Shown here: positions 8,802 through 17,509 of the stretch, piece by piece | How the letters are laid out: each line of letters begins with the position of its first letter | Position numbering within the stretch: position 1 is the stretch's first letter | Assembly (NCBI GenBank): GCA_944386655.1 | Contig: CALXBX010000055.1 | Coordinates: forward strand, 1-63,054 | Reading direction: 5' to 3' | From: an uncultured Clostridia bacterium | GTDB lineage: Bacteria; Bacillota; Clostridia; TANB77; CAG-508 | DNA length: 63,054 bases | Position numbers and translations under genes: made by a program | Notes under the pieces: model-generated | What the model was told of the DNA's origin: nothing | Databases searched by the model: none | The model's input: only the letters and a program-made list of their open reading frames with translations

Positions 8802-9766
8802 TGGCTTATAATTTAAAGGAAATTGTTGCTAATAAACCAGCAAGATTTACTGCTGGACACAGAATGTGCGCAGGTTGTGGTGCTCCTCCTGTTGCTAGAA
8901 TGATAATGAGAGCATTAAAAGAAGAGGATCATGCAGTGGTTGCAAATGCTACTGGATGTATGGAAGTATCTACTTGTATTTACCCTTATACTTCTTGGAC
9001 TACTTCTTATATTCACACAGCTTTTGAATGTGCAGGTGCTACTTGCTCCGGCGTAGAGGCTGCTTATAAAGCTATGAAAAGACAAGGAAAATTACCAGAA
9101 GATAAGCATACGAAATTTATTGCTTTTGGTGGAGATGGTGGAACTTATGATATTGGTCTTCAATCTTTATCTGGTGCCATGGAAAGAGGTCATGATATGA
9201 CTTATGTATGCTATGATAACGGTGCTTACATGAATACGGGTATCCAACGTTCTTCTGCTACACCTCGTTTTGCAGATACTACAACATCTCCAGCAGGTGA
9301 TGTTATTCCTGGAAAAATGCAATCTAGAAAAGATTTAACAGAAATTATGGCTTCTCATCATTTGCCATATGTAGCTCAAACTATTGGTGTAAATAACTTC
9401 AAAGATTTATATGAAAAAGCTGAAAAAGCCATTTACACAGAAGGTCCAACTTTCTTAAATGTACTTGCTCCATGCCCTAGAGGATGGGGATATCCAACAG
9501 ATATGTTAACACAAATTAATAAGTTGGCAATAGATACTTGCTATTGGCCTTTATATGAAGTAGTAGACGGTAAATATAAAATTACTTACAAGCCTGCTAA
9601 AAAACTTCCTATTGAAGAATTTTTGAAACCACAAAGAAGATTTAAACACATGTTTAAACCTGGCAATGAGTGGATGATAGAAGCTTTCCAAGAGGAAGTA
9701 GATAAGAGATGGCAAGAATTATTAGATTTAGAAGAAATGTCTAATAAAAATAACGAAAACGCTTAA
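8801..9766 (+). CDS. porB: 2-oxoacid:ferredoxin oxidoreductase, beta subunit (TPP-binding)
   Basis: Has the CAGCG Cys motif and the TPP motif GGDGGTYDIG...NGAYMNTG. Confidence 0.85.
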   Translation: MAYNLKEIVANKPARFTAGHRMCAGCGAPPVARMIMRALKEEDHAVVANATGCMEVSTCIYPYTSWTTSYIHTAFECAGATCSGVEAAYKAMKRQGKLPEDKHTKFIAFGGDGGTYDIGLQSLSGAMERGHDMTYVCYDNGAYMNTGIQRSSATPRFADTTTSPAGDVIPGKMQSRKDLTEIMASHHLPYVAQTIGVNNFKDLYEKAEKAIYTEGPTFLNVLAPCPRGWGYPTDMLTQINKLAIDTCYWPLYEVVDGKYKITYKPAKKLPIEEFLKPQRRFKHMFKPGNEWMIEAFQEEVDKRWQELLDLEEMSNKNNENA

Positions 9767-9794
9767 ATGCATTCTAAATAGAATGTTTCAAAAA

Positions 9795-9826
9795 ACAGAG
9801 AGCACTTAAATGCTCTTTGTTTTTTT
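9795..9826 (+). terminator. Rho-independent terminator of the por operon
   Basis: ACAGAGAGCA-cttaaa-TGCTCTTTGT stem (10 bp with one G-T) followed by TTTTTT. Confidence 0.75.
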
Positions 9827-9909
9827 ACACACTATTCACATAGATTTATAGTAATTTCGGTTGATTTATGATATACTATTAGTAAATTTTTGAGAAAGGA
9901 GTTAAAAAA

Positions 9910-10122
9910 ATGGCAAATGTAAAACAAAGAATGATAGATATTGTTAATTCTGTACCTGATGATTATTTCGATGGTTTAAAACCAACGGAAATGGTATTTA
10001 AACTTATGATGGAATATATAAAAAGATATGGCGAAGATGAAACAACTATTATTCCAGGTACCAATAAGCATTTAAACTATGAAACATTAAAAGAAATACT
10101 TGAAAACAAAAGTCCAAATTAA
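9910..10122 (+). CDS. Hypothetical 70-aa protein, first gene of a three-gene cassette with the ParE module
   Basis: ORF with AAAGGAG SD. No recognisable motif. Confidence 0.5.
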   Translation: MANVKQRMIDIVNSVPDDYFDGLKPTEMVFKLMMEYIKRYGEDETTIIPGTNKHLNYETLKEILENKSPN

Positions 10123-10138
10123 AAGGAGGTTGATATCA

Positions 10139-10336
10139 ATGGATTTTATAAAAAAAACTTTAAATCAAGTAAATGTACAGGAAAATACTTTATATGATAT
10201 TATTTATGATTTATTTTTCTTTGCTGAACTTCAAGAAAGTGAAGATGATATTAAGAATGGCAGAGTTTGTACATTGGAGGAATTAGAAGCTGAAATGGAG
10301 GCGAGATATGAAAGTTATCGTAACTCAAAGAGCTAA
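10139..10336 (+). CDS. Putative antitoxin of the ParE-type module
   Basis: Start moved to ATG 10139 (AGGAGG 10 nt upstream). 65 aa with an acidic C-terminus and an ESEDDIKNGRVCTLEELEAEM segment like short addiction-module antitoxins. Overlaps the toxin gene by 29 nt. Confidence 0.55.
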   Translation: MDFIKKTLNQVNVQENTLYDIIYDLFFFAELQESEDDIKNGRVCTLEELEAEMEARYESYRNSKS

Positions 10337-10649
10337 GCATAATTTATTAGATTTGTTTGATTATCATGCAAATATATCCTTAAATTATGCAATTAGAATT
10401 GATGAAAAAATTCGTTCCTATATTGAAGATTTACAATATTCCCCGTATATAGGTAAATATGTTCCAGAAATATCGGACAAGCATTATCGAGAACGAATTT
10501 GTGAAAAATTTAGAATTATTTATTTTGTTTCTGAAAAAGAAAATACCGTTTTTATAAGATACATTTTTAGTTCAAGACAAGATAAGAAAACATTTTTTGA
10601 AGTACATAAAAGTGAAATTTATAATTTTTTTAGTCAATATTTATCTTAA
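10308..10649 (+). CDS. parE: Type II toxin, RelE/ParE superfamily (ParE-like)
   Basis: 113 aa. The pattern A..DL..I..Y......YA.....I...I..L...P.IG......YRE......RIIY resembles the plasmid-stabilisation/ParE family. Confidence 0.7.
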   Translation: MKVIVTQRAKHNLLDLFDYHANISLNYAIRIDEKIRSYIEDLQYSPYIGKYVPEISDKHYRERICEKFRIIYFVSEKENTVFIRYIFSSRQDKKTFFEVHKSEIYNFFSQYLS

Positions 10650-10748
10650 ATTCTTATTGAATAGATTCCAAACACATCCCCTTTGAAAAATCTAAAGCAA
10701 AAAATAAAGATAGCAAGTCTTGCCTACCATCTTCATTTTTTCTAATAA

Positions 10749-12305
10749 TTATACAATTCGCTGATACATTGCTGTTTCATAGAAAAGTACTTCAGGTGCT
10801 GTATAACTTTCATTTCTTCTTGTATATTCTCCTCCATTACTTGCAAATGTTGTAACTAATGTTCCATCCACTACATATTGGAAAGAGAAATTTCCATATC
10901 CTGTTCCTGAACTATATCCCATATTAATAACTATATTACTTCCTGTTGTTTCGTCTACTACAGAAAACATAGGATTGGTTATTGGTATTGAATACACCGA
11001 ACCACTAAAAGTTTGTGTTCCTAAACTTGTTCCATCTTTATTAAACGTTAAAGAACCACTCATAGCTGCTCCACTTACACTAGTAGAAAAATCAAGTGTA
11101 TATCCTTGTAACTTAGTAAATGTAGCAACATTTACTTTGCTTTCTGCCATATATCTATACATACCACCATCATAAATTACAACTGCTGGTGCTGTATAAC
11201 TTTCATTTCTTCCTAGATATTCACCATTATTACTTGTAAAAGTAGTAATTTCCACTCCGTCTACCTCATATTGAAAAGAAAAATTACCATATCCCGTTCC
11301 AGAGCTATAGCCCATGTTCACAAGTACTCTATGCCCAGTATCTTTGTCTATTAAAGAAAACATTGGATTGGTGATACTTAGCGAATATACTGTTCCACTA
11401 AAAGTTTGTGTTCCTATTGTCTCTCCATCTTTGTATAAAGTAAGAGAACCAGTTAGCCCTACTCCACTTACGCTGGTATTAAATTGCAGAGAATATCCAT
11501 TCAACTTAATACCTCCGGAAAAATTTGTTCCCGTTCCAACTACTTTTTCTCCATTTACATAGGCTATTTTCCCTTCTGCAATATCATCTGCAGTTGCAGT
11601 TCCTTGTGTTTGACTTGCTAAACTATTGGCTGTTACTTTTCCACTTCCATTATGATAACCTGCTGGAATAGTATAACTTTCTCCTGCATTTAATGTTTTA
11701 TTCACTGCTCCATTATTTGCCATTGTTCCTACTAGCAATTTTCCTCCACTGTAGGCTTTATAATTTTTTAAAATATGTGCTGCTGTTGCATTTGTCTGTG
11801 CTAATTGGCTATTTAAACTATCTAGTTGTCCTTGCAAATTATTAATGGTTTCTTGTTTTAAAGCTACCTCTTCTTTTAAATCTGCTATTTCTATATCTTT
11901 TTCCGCTACTTCTGCTTTTAAGTCATTTATTTGCTTATTTAATTCTTCTATTTGACTGTTTAAATTTGATACTTGTTCTTGTAATTCTGTATTTTCACTT
12001 TGTAAATCCGCTACTTGTTGTTTTAATTCTTCTACTTGTTTTTGTAATAATTCTATCATTTGATCCTTTTTGGCGTCTTCCTCATCTTCTGTATAACTTC
12101 CATTTTGTTCTAATTCCCAAAATAATTGATTTAATTGTTCTTGCTCTTCTTGTCCTGCATATAAAATGTTTTCCCTAGCTTGTTTTGCTTTTGTAATAAT
12201 GCCATTATCCCCCACCAAGGTACTAATACTAATTCCTGCTAATATAATTAATACGATGATAGTCACCACTAAAGTTATCATTGTAATTCCATTTTCTTTT
12301 TTCAT
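10749..12305 (-). CDS. Surface protein: prepilin-like leader/hydrophobic module + ~100-aa coiled coil + duplicated C-terminal beta-rich domain
   Basis: From ORF 10749..12335. Start moved to ATG 12305 (MKKENG/ITMITLVVTIIVLIILAG...; SD AGAGGAGAG upstream). Heptad-rich region at about aa 95-180. Two ~131-aa tandem domains. Confidence 0.8.
   Translation of the reverse strand: MKKENGITMITLVVTIIVLIILAGISISTLVGDNGIITKAKQARENILYAGQEEQEQLNQLFWELEQNGSYTEDEEDAKKDQMIELLQKQVEELKQQVADLQSENTELQEQVSNLNSQIEELNKQINDLKAEVAEKDIEIADLKEEVALKQETINNLQGQLDSLNSQLAQTNATAAHILKNYKAYSGGKLLVGTMANNGAVNKTLNAGESYTIPAGYHNGSGKVTANSLASQTQGTATADDIAEGKIAYVNGEKVVGTGTNFSGGIKLNGYSLQFNTSVSGVGLTGSLTLYKDGETIGTQTFSGTVYSLSITNPMFSLIDKDTGHRVLVNMGYSSGTGYGNFSFQYEVDGVEITTFTSNNGEYLGRNESYTAPAVVIYDGGMYRYMAESKVNVATFTKLQGYTLDFSTSVSGAAMSGSLTFNKDGTSLGTQTFSGSVYSIPITNPMFSVVDETTGSNIVINMGYSSGTGYGNFSFQYVVDGTLVTTFASNGGEYTRRNESYTAPEVLFYETAMYQRIV
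10752..11507 (-). repeat. Intragenic tandem duplication (2 x ~393 nt) encoding two copies of an unknown ~131-aa domain
   Basis: KLNGYSLQFNTSVSGVGLTGSLTLYKDGETIGTQTFSGTVYSLSITNPMFS...MGYSSGTGYGNFSFQYEVDG... is repeated as KLQGYTLDFSTSVSGAAMSGSLTFNKDGTSLGTQTFSGSVYSIPITNPMFS...MGYSSGTGYGNFSFQYVVDG... Confidence 0.85.
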
Positions 12306-12357
12306 CACGTTCTCTCCTCTTCTTATGTTTTCCATTTTTTCTATTCCTTATACTTTT

Positions 12358-12386
12358 ATTATATATTACCTTTTGGTTAATTTCAA
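12358..12386 (-). promoter_or_regulatory. Sigma-A promoter (TTGAAA-17-TATAAT) of the 518-aa pilin-like gene, inside a block conserved with 14527..14650
   Basis: Minus strand: TTGAAA (12386..12381), 17-nt spacer, TATAAT (12363..12358). A 42-nt stretch TTATTATATATTACCTTTTGGTTAATT[T/A]CAATATTTCTTT recurs upstream of the 13717..14526 gene. Confidence 0.65.
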
Positions 12387-12590
12387 TATTTCTTTATTTT
12401 ATTTTCCGTTTATTCCTTTTACTTTTCAATTTATTTTATGTAACTAAGTTTTTACTATTATCTATATAACTAATTTTTACTATATTTTCCGCTTTCCCAA
12501 TATTTTCAAATTTCATGAAGATTTTCTTATTTTCATTGACTTTTCTTCTATTTTCTTATATAAATAATGGGATAATAAAAGGAGGCCTAT

Positions 12591-13679
12591 ATGGACAAAA
12601 ATAGCAATTTTCAAACTGAAACAGAAGAACCAGAAATTAAAACTACTAGCAAGAAGGTAACTATTTTTAATTTTATTTTAATTGCAGTTATTTTTATTGG
12701 ATTATTTATCTATATGCTTGCTGTAGATGGTATAGATAATATTATTTTAGTGTTAAAACAAGTAGATTACACTTGGGTATGCTGGGGGCTTCTTGCTCTA
12801 CTTGGACTTTGGTTTTGTGATACTATGTGTTTGCATATTCCTTTAAAAAAATTATACCCTACGCAAAGATTTACTAATTCTATTAAAGTAAATATGATTG
12901 GACAGTTATTTAATAACGTAACTCCATTTTCTTCTGGTGGGCAACCTATGCAAGCATATGCTCTTACTAAAACAGGGAAAAGAGCTAGTGAATCCATGTC
13001 TATCCTAACTATGAAGTTTATCGTAACACAAGTGGCTTTATTAGTCTTTACAGTTATCGTTGTGTTATTTGAATTACAATTTTTTATGGACTTATTTCAA
13101 GATTTTTTATGGGTTGCTATTTTAGGTTTCGTTGCTAACATTGTTTTGGTAATTGCTATTATTTTTGCTGGAGTTTATCCTAAATTAATTATTATGATTA
13201 CCCTACCATGGGTAAGGCTTTTAGCGAAACTAAAAATTATAAAAGACTTTGATAAAACGAAAGAAAAAGTAAGCAATAGTATTATTCATTTTAGCGATCA
13301 ATTTAAATTTATTTATACACAAAAGCAAATTATCTTGCAAATTTTTATATGGGCTACACTGCAAAGTTTATGCTATTACGCCATTACTTATATGGTATAC
13401 CGTGCTTTTGGTAATTCTGGCATTAGCTATTGGCAAATTATTCCGGCTCAAGCCTTTTTATTAATGATTATGACTATAACCCCTACACCTGGAGCTGGGC
13501 TTGGTGCAGAAGGTGGATTTTTGCTTATCTTTCAATCTATTTTTAAAAAAGGAACTATCAACTTAGCTATTTTGTTTTGGCGTATTTATACTTTCTATCT
13601 TCCTATTATTGTAGGAGCATTATTCTTAATACCTACAAAGAAATCTAAGCCTACGAAAAGAGTGCAAGAAAAAATGTAG
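12591..13679 (+). CDS. Flippase-like / lysylphosphatidylglycerol-synthase TM-region family membrane protein (UPF0104)
   Basis: 362 aa with about 8 TM helices and the motif TPFSSGGQPMQAY characteristic of this family. Confidence 0.7.
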   Translation: MDKNSNFQTETEEPEIKTTSKKVTIFNFILIAVIFIGLFIYMLAVDGIDNIILVLKQVDYTWVCWGLLALLGLWFCDTMCLHIPLKKLYPTQRFTNSIKVNMIGQLFNNVTPFSSGGQPMQAYALTKTGKRASESMSILTMKFIVTQVALLVFTVIVVLFELQFFMDLFQDFLWVAILGFVANIVLVIAIIFAGVYPKLIIMITLPWVRLLAKLKIIKDFDKTKEKVSNSIIHFSDQFKFIYTQKQIILQIFIWATLQSLCYYAITYMVYRAFGNSGISYWQIIPAQAFLLMIMTITPTPGAGLGAEGGFLLIFQSIFKKGTINLAILFWRIYTFYLPIIVGALFLIPTKKSKPTKRVQEKM

Positions 13680-13710
13680 CAAGAAAGCATTGCTACATTT
13701 TTCTTTTTTT
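13674..13710 (+). terminator. Rho-independent terminator overlapping the stop codon of 12591..13679
   Basis: ATGTAGCAA-gaaagca-TTGCTACAT (9-bp stem) followed by TTTTCTTTTTTT. Confidence 0.7.
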
Positions 13711-13716
13711 ATTTTA

Positions 13717-14526
13717 TTATTGAATTTTTATGTTTAAGTTTGCTTGCACAATACGGGTATATCCTGCATATACTCGTATTGTAAGCTTACTGTAACTAGA
13801 TATGTCATAAGTTAAATTTATATTACTATTATTAGTTATAGCACTTGACAAAGCCACTCCATCTGCCAATATTTGTAAAGACCCACCATCTGATTGGCTC
13901 GAAAAACTACCAGTAATTGTTAAAGTTCTATAGTTTTCTATTCCTAGATTTTGTATTGGGTAAGCATTGGCTCCTGATGTTACATTTGGAGCCGTGTATA
14001 TACTCGTTGAAAATTCAAGTCCACTTCCTCCAAGTCCTGCTTCATAACCATCATTATATCCTGCGTCATACCCTTTATTAGTTCCGGTTATTTTTTCACC
14101 ATTTACATATGCTATTTCACCTTCTAGTATATCCTCCGCTGTAGCCGTGGCATCTTTTGTTCTTTCCTGCAATATTTTAGCTATATTCTCCGCCATTGTT
14201 TCTGCTGTATCTGTCTCTGCTGTAGCAACTCCTTCATTGGTTATAGCTGTTGCTATTATCTTTCTAAAATTTTCTAGTTTTTCTATAGCATCTGCCATAG
14301 AGTCATCGAAAATTCCTTCCCCTCCATTTGCTAATTCTTCATATAAACTATTTAGTTGTTGTTCTTCTTCTACTCTTGCTAGCTCCATATTCTCTCTTGC
14401 CTTTTGTGCTTGCGAGATAATTCCATTCTCTCCTATCGTTGCATTTAAACTAACCCCCGCTAATATAATTAATACAATGATAGTCACTGCCAATGTTATC
14501 ATGGTAATTCCATTTTCTTTTCTCAT
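13717..14526 (-). CDS. Surface protein: prepilin-like leader/hydrophobic module + short variable C-terminal domain
   Basis: MRKENG/ITMITLAVTIIVLIILAGVSLNATIGENGIISQAQKARE. Shares the AEDILEGEIAYVNGEKITGT motif with the 10749 gene (ADDIAEGKIAYVNGEKVVGT). Confidence 0.8.
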   Translation of the reverse strand: MRKENGITMITLAVTIIVLIILAGVSLNATIGENGIISQAQKARENMELARVEEEQQLNSLYEELANGGEGIFDDSMADAIEKLENFRKIIATAITNEGVATAETDTAETMAENIAKILQERTKDATATAEDILEGEIAYVNGEKITGTNKGYDAGYNDGYEAGLGGSGLEFSTSIYTAPNVTSGANAYPIQNLGIENYRTLTITGSFSSQSDGGSLQILADGVALSSAITNNSNINLTYDISSYSKLTIRVYAGYTRIVQANLNIKIQ

Positions 14527-14578
14527 GTTTCCTGTCTCCTATTCTTATGTTTTCCTTTTTTTCTATATTTATACCTTT

Positions 14579-14607
14579 ATTATATATTACCTTTTGGTTA
14601 ATTACAA
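14579..14607 (-). promoter_or_regulatory. Sigma-A promoter (TTGTAA-17-TATAAT), paralogous to 12358..12386
   Basis: Minus strand: TTGTAA (14607..14602), 17-nt spacer, TATAAT (14584..14579), in the conserved block. Confidence 0.6.
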
Positions 14608-14700
14608 TATTTCTTTCTTTTATTTTCTATTTATTTTTTTCATCTGACAATCTATTTTATGTAATTTTCTATTTACAATCACACTTTTATTAAAAACCTC

Positions 14701-14744
14701 AAAAAAAGTAGCCGTCTTTCTTTCGAAATTTTGCTACTTTTTTT
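14701..14744. terminator. Bidirectional terminator-like hairpin 3' of yoeB
   Basis: A7-AGTAGC ... GCTACT-T6, with a large 20-nt loop. Confidence 0.5.
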
Positions 14745-14747
14745 ATT

Positions 14748-15014
14748 TTATATATTTTCATAATGCGTCCATAAACTAATAATCTTAACTATTTTTTCTT
14801 CCTCATAAACCTGATATACTAATCTATGTTTTATATTAATTCTTCTAGAATATAGTCCTTGTAAAACACCTACTAATTTTTCATATGGCGGTGGAGTCTG
14901 GAATGGATTATTCTTTATTACTTCTATCAGTGCTAATGCTTTTTTATCTAAATGATTAGATTTCAATTTTGGTATATCTTTTGTTGCCATTTTTGTATAA
15001 ACTACTTTATACAT
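14748..15014 (-). CDS. yoeB: Type II toxin, YoeB/Txe family
   Basis: ...NPFQTPPPYEKLVGVLQGLYSRRINIKHRLVYQV....IVKIISLWTHYE matches the YoeB/Txe signature. Start set to ATG 15014 (TAATG overlap with yefM stop, GAGGTGG 8 nt upstream). Confidence 0.85.
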   Translation of the reverse strand: MYKVVYTKMATKDIPKLKSNHLDKKALALIEVIKNNPFQTPPPYEKLVGVLQGLYSRRINIKHRLVYQVYEEEKIVKIISLWTHYENI

Positions 15015-15262
15015 TACCATTCCACCTCTTCTTCTGAAACGCAATCTTCTATTTTTTCTTCTTTTCCTTTTATTAGTTTTTCTTTCATTCCTTGTATATT
15101 TAATAAATTTACAGTTTCTATTAATCCATTGTAATCTTCTTCAGACAATACAATAGCATTTCCATTTTTTGTAGAAACGTTAATTGGTTCATTATACTTT
15201 ATGGTTGTTTCCAATAATTCATAAATATCTTTTCTAAAATTTGTAATATTTATATTTGTCAT
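15014..15262 (-). CDS. yefM: Type II antitoxin, Phd/YefM family
   Basis: The N-terminus ITNFRKDIYELLETTIKYNEPINVSTKNGNAIVLSEEDYNGLIETVNLL is a classic Phd/YefM fold sequence. Confidence 0.85.
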   Translation of the reverse strand: MTNINITNFRKDIYELLETTIKYNEPINVSTKNGNAIVLSEEDYNGLIETVNLLNIQGMKEKLIKGKEEKIEDCVSEEEVEW

Positions 15263-15285
15263 GACTTAACACCTCCTATAATTTT

Positions 15286-15314
15286 AGTATAACGTACGTT
15301 TTTACGTTTGTCAA
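15286..15314 (-). promoter_or_regulatory. yefM-yoeB promoter (TTGACA-17-TATACT) with palindromic spacer, a likely autoregulatory operator
   Basis: Minus strand: TTGACA (15314..15309), spacer AACGTAAAAACGTACGT containing the ACGTACGT palindrome and AACGTA/TACGTT arms, then TATACT (15291..15286). Confidence 0.6.
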
Positions 15315-15325
15315 TATTTTATTTT

Positions 15326-15371
15326 AAAAAAGCACTATCATTAAGTTTTTCCTTAATTTTTAGTGCTTTTT
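15326..15371 (-). terminator. Terminator 3' of the ferredoxin gene (bidirectional shape)
   Basis: AAAAAGCACTA ... TAGTGCTTTTT arms with flanking A/T runs. Confidence 0.55.
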
Positions 15372-15401
15372 ATGTATTTCTATTTCTTTATTTTCTTTGC
15401 C

Positions 15402-15572
15402 CTAAGCTTCTTCTGGTGCTCCCACTGGACATACATTTGCACAGTTTCCACAGCTGATGCATTGTTCTGGGTCTATTACATATCTATCATCTCCCTCAGA
15501 AATACATCCTACTGGACATTCTGCTGCACAAGCTCCACATTTAATACATTTTTCTGTTATTTTATATGCCAT
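15402..15572 (-). CDS. Clostridial-type 2x[4Fe-4S] ferredoxin
   Basis: MAYKITEKCIKCGACAAECPVGCI...CISCGNCANVCPVGAP, two CxxCxxCxxxCP motifs. Start at ATG 15572 (GGTGGTG SD). Confidence 0.95.
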   Translation of the reverse strand: MAYKITEKCIKCGACAAECPVGCISEGDDRYVIDPEQCISCGNCANVCPVGAPEEA

Positions 15573-15671
15573 TTTTATCACCACCTTTCCATGCTACCTT
15601 TATTTTTATGTTTTTTCTTGCTGCTATTCTACTTTTACTGCTATTTACTATTTGATTGCATCTTCTTTTTG

Positions 15672-16598
15672 TTATTCTATTTCATCTTCCATCATCGTAT
15701 TCTTTTCTAACTTTTCTAAGTTTTCCAATTCTTCTAGTTCTTGCAAATGTTCCTCTTCTTCTGGGTCAATCGTCTCTGTTTCTGTATTTTTTATAATTTT
15801 TACTTCTCCTGCATCATATTTTTTATAATAAAAATCTCCTGCATCATCTTTTAATTTTACTCTTACTTTTTCTTTTAAGGTTTCTACACTTTCTACTGTT
15901 CCTTCTCCTTCTGGTGTTTTTACAATGGCTCCTATTTTAGGAAGTTTTTTTAATTTTTCTTCGTAAACTTCTTGTTCGTACTTTAAACAACACATTAATC
16001 TTCCGCAATTTCCTGAGATTTTAGATGGGTTTAGAGATAAGTTTTGTTCTTTTGCCATTTTAATAGAAACGGTTTCAAAATTACTTAAGAAAGAGCAGCA
16101 ACAAAGTTCTCTTCCACATACGCCATTTCCACCTATTCTTTTTACTTCGTCTCTTACTCCTATTTGCCTTAATTCTATTCTTGTTCTAAAAATAGATGCT
16201 AAATCTTTTACTAATTCTCTAAAATCAATTCTTCCATCTGCTGTAAAATAAAATAATACTTTGCTATTATCAAACTTAAATTCTACATCGATTAATGTCA
16301 TTTCCAACTTGTGTTCTTTAATTTTTTTCTCACAAATAGCAAATGCTTCTTTTTCTTTTTTCTTATTTTCTTCATAATGTTTTTTATCTTTGTAGGTAGC
16401 AACACGAAGTACTTTTTTTAATGGTTTTACAATTTTATCTTCTGGCATCTGGCGATTAGCAATAACTACTTCTCCATATTCTTCCCCCTGTAAGGTTTCT
16501 ACTACTACAAAATCTTTTGTGCTAATTTTTAAATTTCCTGGATCAAAAAAATAAATTTTTCCTGGTTTTTTAAATCTAACACCTATTATATTTTTCAT
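15672..16598 (-). CDS. yaaT: PSP1-domain stage 0 sporulation / RicT (YaaT) protein
   Basis: Cys-rich core GRELCCCSFL...GNCGRLMCCLKYE typical of YaaT/PSP1. Conserved position downstream of holB. Confidence 0.9.
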   Translation of the reverse strand: MKNIIGVRFKKPGKIYFFDPGNLKISTKDFVVVETLQGEEYGEVVIANRQMPEDKIVKPLKKVLRVATYKDKKHYEENKKKEKEAFAICEKKIKEHKLEMTLIDVEFKFDNSKVLFYFTADGRIDFRELVKDLASIFRTRIELRQIGVRDEVKRIGGNGVCGRELCCCSFLSNFETVSIKMAKEQNLSLNPSKISGNCGRLMCCLKYEQEVYEEKLKKLPKIGAIVKTPEGEGTVESVETLKEKVRVKLKDDAGDFYYKKYDAGEVKIIKNTETETIDPEEEEHLQELEELENLEKLEKNTMMEDEIE

Positions 16599-17475
16599 TG
16601 ACTTCCTCCCATATTTTTATCCACAAATAATCTAGTGTCATATCGTAATTACTATTTGCTATTATCCTTTGTTTTGCGTCTTCTACATAAGAAATAGCAT
16701 TTATTTTTGCTCTGTCTTTAGAGTGATATAAAACAACTAACATGTAGTCCAATAAATCTAATATATGTTCCTTCTCTTTATATAAAAATTCTGCTTTTTG
16801 AAAAACATCTAATAAATCTTGTTTTTCTATATTTTGAATCATTTCTTCTATCTGTCGATATTGTGGTAATAATTCTTGCATTACCAATGCTTTTCCTATA
16901 CTTCCTGCACAAACAGCTAATTCGTTTTCAGACAATTCCATCGAATAGTTTTTTTGCATATATTGTTTTATTTCTTCTGCCTCTATCGGTAAAAAAGGAA
17001 TTTTGATGCATCTAGATTTGATGGTATTTAATAATTTGTTTTCATTACTTGCCACTAATATGATTCTTGCATAAATAGGTGGCTCTTCTAATGTTTTTAA
17101 TAAGCTATTTTGTGCCTCTCTTGTCATAGTATCTGCATCTTTTAGAATATATACTTTATAGTTTGATTTAATGGGTTTTTCTGCTATTTTTTCTTGCATA
17201 TATCGAATTTGTTCAATTTTAATTGCTTTTCCATCTGGCTCTATCTGCATAAAATCTGGGTGATTATTTTCCTCAAAAGCGATGCAAGACCTACATTTAC
17301 CACATGGCTTTTCTTTCTGTTCTTCGCATAAAAGTGTTTTGGCAAATCTTCTTGCAAAAAGTGTTTTTCCAATTCCTTCTATTCCAGAGAATAAATAGCT
17401 ATGGGCCACTTTTTGGTTTTTTATCATGTTTTGTAATGTTTCTTTCACCTTATCGTTTCCAAGTAATTCTTCCAT
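16576..17475 (-). CDS. holB: DNA polymerase III delta' subunit
   Basis: AHSYLFSGIEGIGKTLFARRFAKTLLCE, CGKCRSC zinc module, and NSLLKTLEEPP. Start set to ATG 17475; the track start at 17502 is a GTG without SD. Confidence 0.85.
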   Translation of the reverse strand: MEELLGNDKVKETLQNMIKNQKVAHSYLFSGIEGIGKTLFARRFAKTLLCEEQKEKPCGKCRSCIAFEENNHPDFMQIEPDGKAIKIEQIRYMQEKIAEKPIKSNYKVYILKDADTMTREAQNSLLKTLEEPPIYARIILVASNENKLLNTIKSRCIKIPFLPIEAEEIKQYMQKNYSMELSENELAVCAGSIGKALVMQELLPQYRQIEEMIQNIEKQDLLDVFQKAEFLYKEKEHILDLLDYMLVVLYHSKDRAKINAISYVEDAKQRIIANSNYDMTLDYLWIKIWEEVNEKYNRC

Positions 17476-17509
17476 TTTGCCTTCTTCACTCCTTTGCTGC
17501 ACTCTTATT

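Noticed and set aside
12306-12335. The conserved MENIR(K/R)... N-terminal extensions of the pilin-like ORFs (also 1289..1324) looked like a shared signal or propeptide.
   Set aside because: The conserved nucleotides GGAAAACATAAGAA..AGGAG are the 5' UTR and Shine-Dalgarno of the downstream ATG. The third paralog has the same DNA without an in-frame start, so the extension is not translated.
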